64,000 nt of DNA. Origin: Octopus bimaculoides (lineage: Eukaryota). Location: assembly GCF_001194135.2 (NCBI RefSeq), contig NC_068991.1:26488607-26552606 (forward strand), in the 5' to 3' direction. Below are positions 25,369-37,353 of the stretch, piece after piece (within the stretch, counting starts at the first letter, position 1; each line of letters starts with the position of its first letter). The translations under genes and the position numbers were made by a program. A model generated the notes under the pieces. That model saw only the letters and a list, made by a program, of their open reading frames with translations, searched no databases and had not been told where the DNA came from.

Positions 25369-25610
25369 TTTGAATGTGGTGTGTGCCAGAGGGTTTGCAA
25401 ATCCAATGGGGGTCTTAAAAGACATGTTAGGATCCACAATGAGCAGAACTTACTTGCAGGTATTGGTAGTGCAAATCAGAGGTGCAATCTGTGTGGGTGT
25501 TTTTTCAAAACACTGTCTGGTTTAAAAAGCCACATCAGACGCCATGAAAGGGCTAAGGTGTAGGTGCAGGAGGTGGTCAAACTCTGTTTAAGGAGTAGAC
25601 AACCACGATG
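25369..25610 (+). mobile_element. Two C2H2 zinc fingers plus short 3' UTR, probably the 3' end of an RTE-type LINE, embedded in (TATG)n
   Basis: FECGVCQRVCKSNGGLKRHVRIH...CNLCGCFFKTLSGLKSHIRRH*, with no TGEKP linker and no upstream AG acceptor. About 45 nt after the stop, (TGTA)n begins. Confidence 0.65.
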
Positions 25611-25930
25611 TATGTATGTATGTATGTATGTATGCATGTATGTATGTATGTATGTATGTATGTATGTATGTGTGTGTGTATATGCGCGTGTATGTATGTA
25701 TGTATGTATGTATCTGCTTATGTATGCATTAGTACATATAATTGTATCATATAGATATTTTATAAAATGCTTGTGTATTGTTTCAAATTTCGAGCTGGAC
25801 ATAACTTATCTATGAGATTGCATATTAGCTGAGATGGATCATGGTAGAAGCAGTCCTTTTTGCGGAAAAACAGTTCGGAACTCAGTAAATAAGTCTTAGA
25901 CTCCACCTCGACTGTCACGTTATCCCGATA

Positions 25931-26135
25931 TTGGTATCAAATTTTGGCACAAGGCCAGCAATTCCGTATAAGGGGTCAATCAATTACATTGGCGCCCAGT
26001 ACTCAACCAGTACTTATTTTAACGAGATCGACAGGATCAAATGCAAAGTTGATCGCGGCGGATTTTGAGCTCACAACTAGAGGAGGGAAGATATACCGCT
26101 AGACCTTTTTGCTTAGCACGTTAACGATTAAGCCT
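25931..26135 (-). mobile_element. SINE family A, diverged
   Basis: ttggtatcaaattttggcacaaggccagcaatt matches the reverse-complemented family A 3' end. Confidence 0.7.
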
Positions 26136-26164
26136 TAGCTATTATACTAATACCATTCTTTTAT

Positions 26165-26590
26165 TATTTTATTCTCTTATTAGTTTCAGTTATTTCACTA
26201 CGGCTATGCTGGAGCACCACCTTAAAGGGTTTTTGTCGAATAAATCTACCCCAGGACTTATTCTTTAGAAGCCTAGCGCTTATTATATCGGTCCCCTAAG
26301 CCAAACCGCTCGGTTACAGAGGCATAAACACACCAGCATCGGGTGTCAAGCAATAGCGGAGTGGACAAACACTCATCAATACATACATACATACATACAT
26401 ACATACATACATACATACATACATACATACGACGGCCTTCTTACAGTTTACGTCTACAAAATCCTCTCCCAAGTCTTTGGTGGGCCAGAGGCTATGGTAG
26501 AAGAGAATTGCCCAAGTTGCCACGCAGTGAGACTGAATCCGGAACGACGTGGTTGGGAAGCAAGCTTTTTACCACATAGTCATGCCTGTA
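26165..26590 (-). mobile_element. SINE family B, full length, internal (ATAC)n
   Basis: Reverse complement of the 3434-3945 head and tail around (ATAC)n at 26380-26430. Confidence 0.85.
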
Positions 26591-26883
26591 GAACTATTTT
26601 GAACATTGCTGAATATAACTTGTTCGGGCTAGTGCTATTTCCACATAGCTTTCGAACATGATATCTAATTATTTATAGTTCGAGTGGAAAGCATTATTTT
26701 TCGGTTATCCGTACGCAGTAATACAGTTCTTTCTAATGAAATGAAATATACTAGCATTTCTTATGAAATTCTTCATGTTAGAACTGGCAATAGGGTATTC
26801 CTTAATGACCAAAGCTATTATTGTGTACATGCACAAGCTTTAATCACCGAAACATAATAACAAACATCCCAGCTAGCTGTTCA

Positions 26884-26957
26884 GCCCGGCTACGTCAGTT
26901 GGTAGAGTATAAGGTAATAAATCTTGGGAACATGGTTTCATGTCTCCACGTTGAGCG
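26884..26957 (+). pseudogene. tRNA-Lys(CTT)-derived pseudogene
   Basis: gcccggctacgtcagttggtagagtataagg...ccacgttgagcg aligns end to end with canonical metazoan tRNA-Lys GCCCGGCTAGCTCAGTCGGTAGAGC...CCACGTTGGGCG. Anticodon arm and B box are degraded. Confidence 0.8.
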
Positions 26958-26977
26958 GATGAGTTAGCTTTTAAAAA

Positions 26978-27145
26978 GATGGTGAGCTGGTAGAATTGTT
27001 AGCACACCAGATAAACTGCAAGGTGATATTTCTTCCGGCGCTTTACATTGTGGCCTTTCATCCTTTCAGTTCGAAACTGGGGTTGATATGATCTACTACT
27101 TCAACCCCTAAAATTGCTGACCCTGTGCCAAGATTTAAGAACCAT
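26978..27145 (+). mobile_element. SINE family A
   Basis: gatggtgagctggtagaattgttagcacacc...cctaaaattgctgaccctgtgccaagattt. Confidence 0.75.
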
Positions 27146-27167
27146 GTCATCATTATAACTATTTTAC

Positions 27168-27580
27168 AGGCGCAGGCATGGTTCAGTAGTAAAAATTTGT
27201 TTCCAGACCATATGACTCCGGGTGTATTCCCACTTCGTCGTACTATGACCAAATGTCTTCTACGATAGCATCAATTAAAATCTTGTGAATAACTTTGGTA
27301 GACAGAGACTGAAAGGAGGCCGTCGTGTTTATATATATATATATATATATATTATATGTGTGTGTGTGGGGGGGGGGATCAAATGTGTTTGCTTTTGTTC
27401 TCATCTGCTTCGAAACTGATATTAGTTCATTTACGTCCCTTAACTTAGTGGTTTTGTGAAGGTGGACGATCGGATAATTACTAAGCGCATAAGTACTGGA
27501 TTCGACTCGTTTTGCTAAAAACGGTCCTTCATGCTCGGGACCCAACATCTCTAATAACTGAAACAGGTACAATATAAAAG
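27168..27580 (+). mobile_element. SINE family B, full length, diverged, internal (AT)n(GT)n G-run
   Basis: Head ggcgcaggcatggttcagtagt...gaaaggaggccgtcg and tail tttacgtccct-aacttagtggtt...actgaaacagg. Confidence 0.7.
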
Positions 27581-28327
27581 GTAAGCAAAACGTACAACTC
27601 TATTTTGTTTTGCTATGTCCATAAAATGCTTCGAGTGAAGGGTGAAGACGTACAATAGCAATAACAATTTCATAGTTTCAAAACTAAAGAAACAGACCCG
27701 AATATTTAACCTTTGAATTTCAGAAAGGCATGGTTGTCACATATTTCACAGCGGGAATATACTGCCTCCAAAATATATTGTTTCTAAATAAGCTGAATTA
27801 ATTTGCTTGAGTTATTTAGCAAATACGTCACTTTCATAACATGTGTATGGTAGTCAGTAGTAACTATTTTTTAAATGTTATTAATGGTTCATGTATAATA
27901 TCTACATTCTAAGTGAATAAAGTTTTCAATAGTATTAATTGATACTTAGACATAGGGATATGTTACAGAAGAATGATTAAAAAATAATATATTAGAAAGC
28001 CACCGAGTCCAAGAAAACAATGGGAATTTATTGTGAAACAATTGAACTGGCAAGAGTAAAACCATTGTCTAACCAGTAAATAAATAACAAATATTTATAA
28101 GATTTAGAGTACTCCCCCCACCATGTGAATAACAATCGAATTACTTGAGTTTGGCAGTCGTTTGAAGTATCAATAAGTACAAATGAAATATCGATATGAA
28201 GTAATTATTAAAAAAAAGTAATAGAATAAAATATCGGTCAGTTTAGATAATTGATATGTTGCTCTTTTGGTATGGAGTTAAAATGCATTGTCTAGGACTT
28301 ACACACAAACACATACACACACACATA

Positions 28328-28399
<72 letters not shown>

Positions 28400-28886
28400 C
28401 ATGTATACATGTACATATACATATATATGTGTGTGAGAGTTTGTGTGTATGTATATTTATGTATACCGGCACACATACACACGCACATACGCACAAACAC
28501 AGATATATACATATGTATATACAAGTAAAAAAGTGGTGTGTTGTTTTGATGTGGAATAAATAATTGCACATTCTAACGTTGTTGATTTCTAACTCAGAAT
28601 ATGAGTTTCGAATAAGTTAACGTTTCTCAAAGTTAACGGTGATGCAACAACGTCTGCTGCATAATTCTGTGCAGCATTAATCCCCTTTTAATTGTTTTTC
28701 TTATGCATTTATTTTTAACCACAGTAGATTTCCATTTTTCTTTCTCCGTTGTATTTACTACAAGAAAAACGAAGAATAAATTTATCAGCGTACAGAAAAC
28801 AACAACAAAAAAAAGACAAAAGAAAAACTATTAGTAAACACAATTAATAAGAATACTTTTAATTCTGAACCAATCCTATTTACCAG

Positions 28887-29539
28887 ATACTTTTGGTTCA
28901 CAAAACATGACAAAAGTAATTTTAATATTATCAGCTGTATACAATGATTTTTATTCTTGGTGCAAAATAGTTTCTTTGTTACTTGATTCCACAATAAAAT
29001 GTTGGCTGTTATTTCGAGAGAAGTTGAATAAGTTCGCAAGACAATATTTAGTAGCATTGTCTTAAGAGTAGGATGTGTTTTTCAACTGTGAATTCTGTTA
29101 AAAATTGGATTTGCTCATCTTGCAGAACAAATCTTTGACCTAAAATACCTGAGAAAGGTAAAAAAATGTAGAAGCTGCTCGTCATTCAATTTAACTGCCC
29201 CACTGAATAGTCAAATTTAAAATATATTATCATAATCATACTGTTAAAAAACAAACGAAAGGAAAGAAATAGAAATGAAATTAACAATATCATATGAATG
29301 CACATATATATGTGTGTGTGTGTGTGTTAGTGTGTGTGTGTGTGAATGTGTGTGTGTTTCCATGTGTGTTTGTGTGTGTGTGTATATGTATATAATTATG
29401 TATACACATGTATAGGCATTCAGATTCATACTTATACATACGCACAATCACCGACATGAACATATGCAGTCATGTATAATACATAGCTCTTTTCATATAC
29501 ATACATATATAATTATACATACATACATACATACATACG

Positions 29540-29599
<60 letters not shown>

Positions 29600-30389
29600 T
29601 ATTATTAAATATATACGTTAGTATATAATTAAGATTCGGTTGAATTAGGTAGTTAAATTGAAGCACTATGTTAGGTCGATCTAATTTGCATACCAAACAA
29701 TATCAGGTGAATATCGAACTCTGTGTTGAAGTGTTCGCACTTAATATGCTTGCAGTGTATGCAGATAACTCCACCCAACTTAGTGATGTGATCCGCTCTT
29801 CGTTGTACTCCATATAAAAATACAAAAATACTTTCTATAAAATTTCCGAAGAGCAGATTCCAGGGTAGGTGAATTAAATATAAATGAGTAACAAACATTT
29901 ACAGTCGTTAATTCATTACGGCGACTGCTTTAATTGATTAATGAAAACATTTGGAACGCTGCAAAAAATACAACAGCAGTATCGATGCAAATATTTGAGC
30001 TCCGTTGGTGATACGAATATGTTAAAGCAGTTGATTGACCTTTGTATGTGAAGTCTATGCAGTCATCTGAAGAAAACATTTTCTTTGCAATGATGTACTT
30101 TAAACGGCCCAAATGAATTGACATCTGTACATTTTTGTTACTCATTTATATTTCATACACTAGTATATGTATTTAATAATATTTATATATACTAGAGTTG
30201 CTTTCCATGTGTAAATTTTCTCTTAGGTGTGCAATTTCCAGGCATACCAGCTTATAATTTTACAAGCCATGAGCATATAGTCGACGGACTGGCTGGGTAA
30301 TTCGCTTTCATCCCGGGTGGGTACGTGATGTTGAAAAGCCACGAAAATGGTGAAACCCCGATGTTCATCACTCCCAAATGGGATTAATG
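28887..30389 (+). pseudogene. Cluster of exon-like segments with in-frame stops (28887-29065, 29126-29157, about 29680-29864, 29905-30126, 30227-30389)
   Basis: AG/GT-bounded segments: ttgcag|(E)QIFDLKYLRK|gtaaaa is fully open; ttctcttag|(C/G)VQFPGIPAYNFTSHEHIVDGLAG*FAFIPGGYVMLKSHENGETPMFITPKWD*|gtaaga. The 100-nt intron 30127-30226 is phase-compatible; the 29865-29904 junction is not. Confidence 0.33.
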
Positions 30390-30980
30390 GTAAGAAATCT
30401 TTCCTGTCCATGATTCAAAGGTGACATGAGAGTTATACATTGCGCTACGCCATTGCAGCCACTGGAAAATGCACAAAGAGTATAAATTAGTACATACATT
30501 TAATAATATCTATTATACTAGAGCTGCTTTTATTTCNNNNNNNNNNNNNNNNNNNNNNNNNNNNNNNNNNNNNNNNNNNNNNNNNNNNNNNNNNNNNNNN
30601 NNNNNNNNNNNNNNNNNNNNNNNNNNNNNNNNNNNNNNNNNNNNNNNNNNNNNNNNNNNNNNNNNNNNNNNNNNNNNNNNNNNNNNNNNNNNNNNNNNNN
30701 NNNNNNNNNNNNNNNNNNNNNNNNNNNNNNNNNNNNNNNNNNNNNNNNNNNNNNNNNNNNNNNNNNNNNNNNNNNNNNNNNNNNNNNNNNNNNNNNNNNN
30801 NNNNNNNNNNNNNNNNNNNNNNNNNNNNNNNNNNNNNNNNNNNNNNNNNNNNNNNNNNNNNNNNNNNNNNNNNNNNNNNNNNNNNNNNNNNNNNNNNNNN
30901 NNNNNNNNNNNNNNNNNNNNNNNNNNNNNNNNNNNNNNNNNNNNNNNNNNNNNNNNNNNNNNNNNNNNNNNNNNNNNNNN

Positions 30981-30999
<19 letters not shown>

Positions 31000-31013
<14 letters not shown>

Positions 31014-31022
31014 GTGTGTGTG

Positions 31023-31058
<36 letters not shown>

Positions 31059-31270
31059 TGTGTGTCTGTGTTGTCCCCCCATTATCGCTTGACAACCGAT
31101 GCTGGTGTGTTTACGTCCCCATAACCTAGCGGTTCGGCAAAAAGAGACCGATAGAATAAGTACTAGACTTCCAAAGAATAAGTCCTGGGGTCGATTTTCT
31201 CGACTATAGGCGGTGCTCCAGCATGGCCGCAGTCAAATGACTGAAACAAGTAAAAGAGTAAAAGAGAGTA
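31000..31270 (+). mobile_element. SINE family B internal microsatellite + tail (head possibly in gap)
   Basis: tgtgttgtcccccc-attatcgcttgacaaccgatgctggtgtgtttacgtcccc...gactgaaacaagtaaaagagtaaaagag. Confidence 0.85.
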
Positions 31271-31309
31271 ACATAATTTTTTTTTTATCAAAAAATGCTA
31301 TAAGGATAA

Positions 31310-32339
31310 AAATAAAGTATTTTCTTTAATGCTATTCAAGAAAGCCACATTCAGCTTCAACAACTGCTTCTATATGAGATCTAAATCATTTACATCCTGG
31401 AATCAAGTGGACCTAGTTCATTTTGGATATTACTCTGACAATGGCAGCTTTGAAAAAATCTTTGGTGTTATGGGTGTGTTTATTGACCTCTCTCTCAACA
31501 ACACTCCACATTTAATAGTCCACTGGATTAAGATCGGGTATTAGGAGGTCAAATGTTAGTGGTTATGTGATCATGAACATTTTCGGCCGTCTATTCCTGA
31601 GTTACTAGAGACATCTGCGATAGTGCAGAGTCTTACTGTAATAAATATGGCCTTCCATTGCACACATTGTCTATCCAGAGCTGAATTATTTCCAGGACCT
31701 CAATGTAGGCGGCAACGTTAATTCTGAGGCCTTGTGGAAAGAAGTAAGGAGGCATCACATGCCCTTCATAGCTGACAACCCCTAAAACCATGACAGTTTC
31801 AGGATATTTTTATACTTAACACATGGACCGTCAGAAGGGTTTGCACATAACCATCTGACATTTCTTCTGTTAACATTTTGATCTTCGTCGAAGATTTTCC
31901 TGTTTGAGAAAAAGCAAATCAAATCCTCTGCTGGATTTTTCAGTTTGTTTAGGAGCCTTTTTGATCTGATGTAGTGATTTTCTTTACCTATTTCTCACAA
32001 ATTAACATTTTCTCGTAATATAAGACTTATATCTGGTGTCTTTGTGGACAATATTTCTGACTGTTCTTTCTGACACATGGAGATCTTTTGCAATTTTATG
32101 CTGTGTTACTGGTGATACATTTCCATCTTCAGTCGAAAGATCTGGCAACCGTTAAAAATCGAGATATTTCTAAATCAACATGCTCAACATTTATAACCAC
32201 AATAACAGCATACCTCTTCATTTCTTGAGTAAGCTGAGGGTGTGTCATTATCATTTTCTGAAACAAAGATTAAACAGAGTTAGCAAAGATTGCAGCAATG
32301 ACCCCAAAAATTACGTCCTCAAATACCTTACGCACCCTG
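31310..32339 (-). mobile_element. Tc1/mariner-superfamily transposon, maT/DD37D-like, decayed
   Basis: Minus strand gives FFSNRKIFDEDQNVNRRNVRWLC, VMVLGVVSYEGHVMPPYFFPQGLRINVAAYIEVL, GRPYLLQ*DS and PDLNPVDY*MWSVVERE. One end is TA|CAGGGTGCG at 32339-32341; the other TIR was not found. Confidence 0.82.
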
Positions 32340-32354
32340 TATAGATATATATGT

Positions 32355-32403
<49 letters not shown>

Positions 32404-32632
32404 NNNNNNNNNNNNNNNNNNNNNNNNNNNNNNNNNNNNNNNNNNNNNNNNNNNNNNNNNNNNNNNNNNNNNNNNNNNNNNNNNNNNNNNNNNNNNNNNN
32501 NNNNNNNNNNNNNNNNNNNNNNNNNNNNNNNNNNNNNNNNNNNNNNNNNNNNNNNNNNNNNNNNNNNNNNNNNNNNNNNNNNNNNNNNNNNNNNNNNNNN
32601 NNNNNNNNNNNNNNNNNNNNNNNNNNNNNNNN

Positions 32633-32663
<31 letters not shown>

Positions 32664-32669
32664 CTAAAA

Positions 32670-33100
32670 TTGAGGTGGTGAGCTGGCAAAATTGTTAGCA
32701 CACCGGTCAAAATGGTTTGTAGCATTTCGTCCAACTTGACGTTCTGTGTCCAAATTCGTCCCAGGTCAACTTTGCATTTTATCCTTATGGGGTCGATAAA
32801 ATAATTACCAGTTCAACACTGGGATCGATGACATGAACTTAACCATGCCTCCAAAATTGCTGGCCTTTTGCCAAAATTTCGAGCCCATAATAAGGCGGCG
32901 AGCCAGCAGAATCACTAGCACGACCAAAAAATTGCTTTGCCGCATTTCGTCTGTCCTTACGTTCTGAGTTCAAATCCGCTGAGGTCGACCTTGCCGTTCA
33001 TCCTTTCGGGATCGTTAAAATAAGTATCAGTTGCGCACTGTGGTCGATGTAATCGACTCACTCCTTCCCTGGAATTCCTGTGCCAAAATTTCCACCAAAC
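32670..33100 (+). mobile_element. Two head-to-tail SINE family A copies (32670-32890, 32893-33100)
   Basis: Both start gg(t/c)gg(t/c)gagc(t/c)(g/a)gca(a/g)aat and end gtgccaaaattt / ttgccaaaattt. Confidence 0.85.
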
Positions 33101-33399
33101 GTTTCAGTCTTCAGCCACAATTTGAAAGTTTTATTCTTTTTATATATATTTAAATCGTGAAATATAATTCACTTAGGAAAACCTAAGTACATTTTTTGGC
33201 AGAGAAAGTAGTTTAGTAAGGTTCTGCAATGATTTACTTTCGCATTTCGGCTAACGTAATTATATGAAAGCGTTTCGCAAGGTGACGATTCAATAAATCA
33301 GTTCACTTTCTATGCAAACCAAAAGACAGCAAATGAACGTAAATTTATTCTTTGTCACATACAACTCAATGATTTTATTGTATATCATTTTAATGATAT

Positions 33400-33900
33400 T
33401 CAACTTCTTGTCTTTCTAAGAATAATGACAAGAACTATTTCTGGTGACTTTGCAGGAGTTCATCTTCGTAATCAATCTATGAATATCTATGGGCTTGGTG
33501 AGGATGTTAGATGTGATGGTATTTTTTGGCCATTATGGTAGAGTAGGTAGTTCCATAAATATGGCAGGCAGAGGCTATACTAGTAAGTCTATATCAATGC
33601 AGTAGAGAAATTCTATTGTATTCCTGTTGTAAATGCTAGGACATAACTGTTGTGAATTTCGTCTTCCCAAATATATAGTTGTTATTTCGGATATGTTCTT
33701 GAACACGAATATGATGAGAGTGATAATAGAATATAACTGCATGTAGCAGACAGATGTTAACAGATATAATGGGTTGCCGGGGATAATAGGTACTCGAGAA
33801 TTTTCTTGTTGATATTTACAATCTTTAAATTAGCATTGCTCTAAATGGCCATCCAGCCTAGCATTGGAATTCTTTTCTAGTAGGCCATTGAAGCTGAAAT
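33400..33900 (-). mobile_element. Highly decayed CR1/L2-like LINE C-terminus
   Basis: Minus-strand frames give HLEQC, MQLYSI..IIFVFK and PYLWNYL, loosely matching LEYC...LYSL..R...LWN.LP. Confidence 0.3.
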
Positions 33901-34406
33901 AGAAATTGGAGAAAATGCAACAAGTGGACATTTTTAATGCATGAATTACATAGCAAGATATGGTGGAAAATATGACCGGAAGGAAAAGATGATTCCAGGG
34001 GAAAGTATATAATAGCTTACAGTAATTTTCAAAAGTAAACAAAGTTCACATCTTGAGATTGAAGCTGTTACAAAGTTCCATGTTTTTATATAATCGTTTG
34101 CTGTCATAAACTGGAAGCTTAATGATCTCTTGAAATTTGAAATTTAATAGAAAGAAAATAAAACAGCTCAAAAACAAATTATATAACATCCATTTTAAAC
34201 GGACATGTGACACTTTATAATGCATTGAATGCATTCACTTTAACTGATACAAGTATCATTTAAATTAAGTGAAATTATTTAAACTAAATACAATTAAATA
34301 AGGCGAATTCGGCATATAGAAAGAAAAACATGACTGTTGTTCAGTGTTTCATATTTATCTGATTAATTAATTAAATGAGTCGCTTGAAGCGTTATTCGTA
34401 TTTCAG

Positions 34407-34633
34407 GAGACTATGATATCACATTAAGTCTTATACATACTGTCTCCTCTATGATTTGCTGTAGAAACGACTGTATGTAGTGCAAAAATGTTTCCTCTCA
34501 ACCGAATGAAAATCTTTACACCTATTCGCTGCTATCATTTGCACAGACACAAGTGAGATTTCCATGGTTGCACTTGTCCTTGTTGATTAGCATCAGAGCA
34601 GTTCTGATGGAATAGGAACAACGTATAAAAATG
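34407..34633 (+). pseudogene. Two phase-compatible exon-like segments (34407-34472, 34547-34633), PKD-domain-like
   Basis: tttcag|66 nt|gtatgt, 74-nt intron, tttgcacag|87 nt|gtagat, all phase 1. Spliced peptide GDYDITLSLIHTVSSMICCRNDYTSEISMVALVLVD*HQ...; G.Y.I.L.L...VSS resembles the last strand of PKD repeats. Confidence 0.45.
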
Positions 34634-34684
34634 GTAGATTCATGATCATTATATCATTATTTATGCAAGGAATGTCAACTCAGT

Positions 34685-34925
34685 GTCCTCCCCTAAAATT
34701 ACTGACCCTGTGCCAAGATTTAAGAACCATGTATATCATTATAACTATTTTACAAGCGCAGGCATAGTTGAGTAGTAAAAATTTGTTACCCGACCATATG
34801 GTTCCGGGTGTAGTCCCACTGCGTCGTACTATGAGCGAACGTCTTCTACTATAGCATCAATTAAAATCTTGTGAGGAACTTTGGTAGACGGAAACTGAAA
34901 GGATCCCGTCGTGTTTATATATATA
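34685..34925 (+). repeat. Local duplicate of 27105-27335 (SINE A tail + spacer + SINE B head)
   Basis: Shares the otherwise unique junction gtgccaagatttaagaaccatgt...cattataactattttaca. Confidence 0.85.
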
Positions 34926-35042
34926 GCAAAATAATTGGCATCTCGAGCCTCCAGGTGGAGAATAGCTCTTTAATTTGTTGCCCAAATGTATATGATAAGA
35001 GAAGATCTTAGTCTACACAACAATATACCTAATAACTTCCAG

Positions 35043-35295
35043 ATTTCATGATTTTGACAATGAGCGGTTGTTGATGTTAGTGCGTGCAGTAATGTACGAT
35101 GAAATAACACTTAATTACCTCGTGAAGAATATGCAGAGCTATATTGGAGACCTGCAGTTTGATATTCATTTCTTCACTGTAGATAGCGATCTTATGTTTG
35201 TGGTATTGCAATCATGTACTGAGCCTCGAAAAATAATCAGGCAAAGTTATAATATTTCTGTATCCCAAGAAAAATTTAATTCCCAAGGGACATAA
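35043..35295 (+). pseudogene. Open exon-like segment after a branch point and acceptor
   Basis: cctaataacttccag| then more than 80 open codons (FHDFDNERLLMLVRAVMYDEITLNYLVKNMQSYIGDLQFDIHFF...). No family motif recognised. Confidence 0.3.
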
Positions 35296-37316
35296 TATTA
35301 TACGGCTACATCCTTGTATAAACAGCACGAATCATTCTAATATGGTTAAGTGATGAGATACCCAATCCAATATATTTTTTACCCACATTAAAAGACGGTT
35401 TCAGATCACTGCATCAATACCATATTATACACAACCCTAACAAACACTGTACAACTGTTAACATTTGCAAAGACTTTAAGTGCACACTTCATTAAACATT
35501 ACGCCTGGAAGTCTACTTGTAATACCACCTAACCTATGTAATATGGAAGAGTTCTACCAAACGTTGCTATTTCCTGAATAGAATACCTTAGTGATCTTCC
35601 CTTTCACCTTCTCTCTTCAGCACGACTGCACTTCGAAAAGGTAGGCACTATTGTAATAATATATAGATGAGTTCTAACGCCAATGTGTAATAGCTATATT
35701 GAAGATTACATAGTTTCAGTATACTAGAGCTTCACTATATATTTGAGTATTGTAATATCTTTACCACTTACTCTAAGTTCTTATAAATGACTCCATAGTC
35801 ATAGTTTTATTTCTATTTAATCTTGGCACAGAGATACCACACAAACATATAGGCATGTCGTGTTTAACGCCATCAACATTTCGTGTCAGATTTTTTGATG
35901 ACTGAATTGTTCACTTAGAATTTAAAACACAGAAACAAAGACATATTCATAGTCTTTATCGCGCTCCTTTAATATTTCTCTCTCTAAAAGTGTGCTAACT
36001 CTCTTTCATAAAAATATTTGAATTCTCAGATAGACATATTTAATATTCATAAAGAAAGAGAATTTTAAGAACTACACTGTGGTTTCTTTAATTTTGCAGC
36101 AGTTCAAATCGTTTGGATGTATCCGATCTCAATTGATCATTATGGAAATAACTTTATTATTTCTATTTATTGCAAGTTATATTTTGTTCTAGACATCATT
36201 TTATTAGATGGATTCTAAAAATTCTTTTCATTAAATATCAATATTTCATCATGTTAAGCTTTCTTCCATATTCTCTTTTCACTTACGTTATTATAACTTA
36301 TATGATTTTAAGTATATTTTGGTTTTGTTCATTGATAATCACGTGTTTATGAAATTTAAAATCTGCCTAATCTATTTTAGCTATAAATTATTTATAATAA
36401 AACCAAAATGAAGTCGTATTGTTAATAAATTTACTTCGTCCTCTTTTATCTAAATCATTTCCGAAAATACGGTAGACCATAATAGATAGGATTCACAATC
36501 TTGTATACTTGTTTCAAAATTATTTCAAAGCAGAAGTGTATTTAGGTATGTTCCTAACTGTCGTTTTAGCAATAACACTATATGAAAAATAGTAATATAT
36601 ATTAAATATATGCTAAAGGCATAAATACACATCATTCAGAATTTGAATTTTAAATACCGCTTTTAAAATCTAATGACCTATTTAAATCCGGCTTATTTGA
36701 TTTAAGATTTAGATCTTGTTGCCATTGTTACTTGGAAACAAAATAGTTTTCTAATAAAAATAATTGCTATTGATCAGAGAAAAAACACCAATTAATCTAG
36801 ACTAAAAATATATGGTATGAGAAATAGTTTTAAATATTTCATAAACCCAGAGAAATAGAATTCTCAAGAAATGTATGCAACAACCGAAAATCGGAAAATT
36901 ACCAAGAAACGAGAAAGGAAATATAATGAAGGTTAAATAATATCAAGGAAGAGAATTACTTTAGGATTTAGATATATCAGAACGCTGAAAATACAAACAT
37001 GTCTTTTGTACTAATAAACATATATACACACATACACTCTTCTATAGATATAGATACATAAATAGATACAGACGGATAATGGCTATACAGACATCTGTCA
37101 CTTTAGTATAAGCGCATATAATTGCGAAAGGCACAGGTGTCTGCTTTCAAGGAAATTTGTCTACCATTGCGATAACGTTGAGATTCTGCATAGAGAATAC
37201 TTAGTTGACTACCTTATGTGCTCTTACTTCCGGCTGTCAACGATAAATATATATATGTATACACACACACACACACACACCCACACACACACGCACGCAC
37301 GCACACACACACACAA

Positions 37317-37353
<37 letters not shown>

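Noticed and set aside
35621-35640. 20-nt micro-exon candidate (ctctcttcag|...aag|gtaggc)
   Set aside because: The context reads like a decayed RT (PLSPSLFS...YIEDYIV, compare QGDPLSPLLF...YADD), so the pyrimidine tract is probably retroelement-derived.
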